The notes under the pieces are model-generated. The model was given only the letters and a program-made list of their open reading frames with translations. It was not told the DNA's origin and ran no database searches. Below, one piece after another: positions 62,271 through 64,000 of a stretch of DNA of 64,000 nt; within the stretch, counting starts at the first letter, position 1, and the number at the start of each line of letters is the position of its first letter. The stretch is taken from NCBI GenBank assembly GCA_964658305.1, contig OZ210885.1:15810001-15874000 (forward strand). Reading direction: 5' to 3'. The DNA is from Leptogorgia sarmentosa (Eukaryota). The position numbers and the translations under genes are program-made.

Positions 62271-64000
62271 AAGTGCCCCCTTTAGCTAAATGTATTATAA
62301 AAGGGGTACCCTTTTTGACCTTATTTTTGACGAGTGGAAAAGCTGAAAAAACTTTTTCACTTTACTTCTTGACAGGTTAGCAGTAAAGCATGGCAGCAAT
62401 TTGAAATTAATATATAATCTATGCTAACAGTTTTTCTGCGTAAAATTTGTCGCTATCTTTATGAATAATCAGTAGCAGAATGGAGTGACTCATGCAGAGA
62501 GAGATATTAACAACATAATATTTAACATAGTGATTTGTGTATTGATAGTATATACTCTATGTATACATCGGATTTTATTCCGTTTCATACTTTGAATATA
62601 CTGTAGTGTCACCCACACAATCAAAGAATGCGCAAAATATGCGTTTGCGCGCACAAACTTAATTCGTCAGTGGAACAATATTCATCGTCATAATGCTGTT
62701 AGGAAATGAACTCGCCCATATTTTTTCCGTTACGCCCGCGAATGACATCAACTTAAAATTTCCGTTTAACACCTAGCCTAATAGTGCTAACACGCCCCAA
62801 TTATCTGGACACTAATCCTAATTGCATTTCCGCCTCGCCTTTACTAGCTAACGTATAAAATAACGCGCGAATTCATATAGTCAGACAGTCTTAGTTTCGC
62901 GCTTGGTGAGTTATTATCAACTGTATTCTTTTGTGATGTTACTTTAAAATATGTGAATAAATATTATACGTGTACAAATCTTATTAGTGTTGAGTATTTC
63001 ATATAAAACTTCGCACAATACAACTCGAGCGAATCTCACATACTCAAATACTAAAATACTTTTAACAAATGTTGAATAGGTTGTGATAACATACGGTAGG
63101 CAAATAATGCCTGGTGTAGCTTTATAATAATATGTACGCAGCAAAGCCAAATGAAAGGTCACATTCAGTGCGACTCATCGTGTATGAAATCGAGTTCCAT
63201 ATAATTCAGTGGCATATATTATGGCATTATGATGTATGGACATGCTGTACTGTGAATGTATACACTATATGATAACTGTGCGAATCCAAAACTGACTTAG
63301 TGATCTTTGCTTCATAATATATACCCTTACGTTCCAGCCATTATTTCCATTCCTTATGATGTTCCAAATTATTCATTACATTCATCATATTTATGGTGCC
63401 AAGTCTACAACTTTGGCAATTTAAATTGTGAATGGGAATTTTAGTATATTGTCATATTTCTTTCCAAAAATCCTTTAGTTAAGTTTACTAAAACTTTGTT
63501 TATTTACCATGCTACTGATCAAATGCTATTGATGAATAATGATATAATTTGCTTGATATTTCATTGACAAGTGTACTTGTTGAAAAACTGGCAGGCCAGC
63601 TGAAATTGCCTGAATAGCGAAATTTACCTGTGTAAATGCCACAAAAGGAAATTCCCGAGCCGCGAGTGCGCTGGGACAAGGATGGATGAGGGCCACTGAT
63701 GAGGAGATGTGGCAATAAAATCAATGTCCAGATTTGGGCCACCAATTTTAATACTGTGATTGTTAGCAATTATGGCAGTTCGTTGGTGCGACAATGCAAC
63801 TCCTTTTGCAGTCACTTCAATCCCGAGAAAGAATATGATGAAATCATCGAGATATTAAGAGGACATGCCTGGTGCAGATTTGAAAGCAGTAAAAGGTGAA
63901 ACTGTATAGCTTACATTATTAAATGCAACAAGACGGAAAGCCACAAAGTCTTTAAAATCTACTTCGACTATTCCTGCGCATTTTGTCTACCATGGTGTAT

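Noticed and set aside
63512..63900. Host-gene exon
   Set aside because: Splice-like signals are present, but all minus-strand frames contain stops and I recognise no motif.

Overview
Eukaryotic, AT-rich DNA with spliceosomal introns and microsatellites. The transposon families resemble those of marine invertebrates, probably a cnidarian (inference). The window is almost entirely nested transposable elements, and I recognise no ordinary host gene, RNA gene or CRISPR array. Left to right: (1) a BEL/Pao 5' half; (2) a decayed RAG1/Transib-like DDE transposase gene with C2H2 and SAP tail, facing a convergent unknown gene; (3) a CR1/L2-group LINE split by a young-looking IS3EU-type transposon (238-bp TIRs, 6-bp TSD) carrying an intact integrase-like transposase and a HECT E3-ligase gene; (4) Harbinger, MITE and Gypsy remnants; (5) a 2A-peptide LINE relic split by a Kolobok-like element that contains a DIRS retroelement with an apparently spliced gag; (6) a Gypsy remnant and a hAT with an OTU/vertnin-like module; (7) a five-level nest, hAT > Kolobok > ISL2EU > Sola3 > hairpin elements; (8) a pogo/Tigger element with a divergent HIRAN-like gene; (9) a second LINE, Academ/DUF6589-like remnants and a second IS3EU-type end. 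The best candidates for an undescribed system are the RAG1-like two-gene element, the HECT-carrying IS3EU, the HIRAN-carrying pogo and the intron-containing DIRS gag. All family and domain calls come from motif recognition by eye, not database searches.
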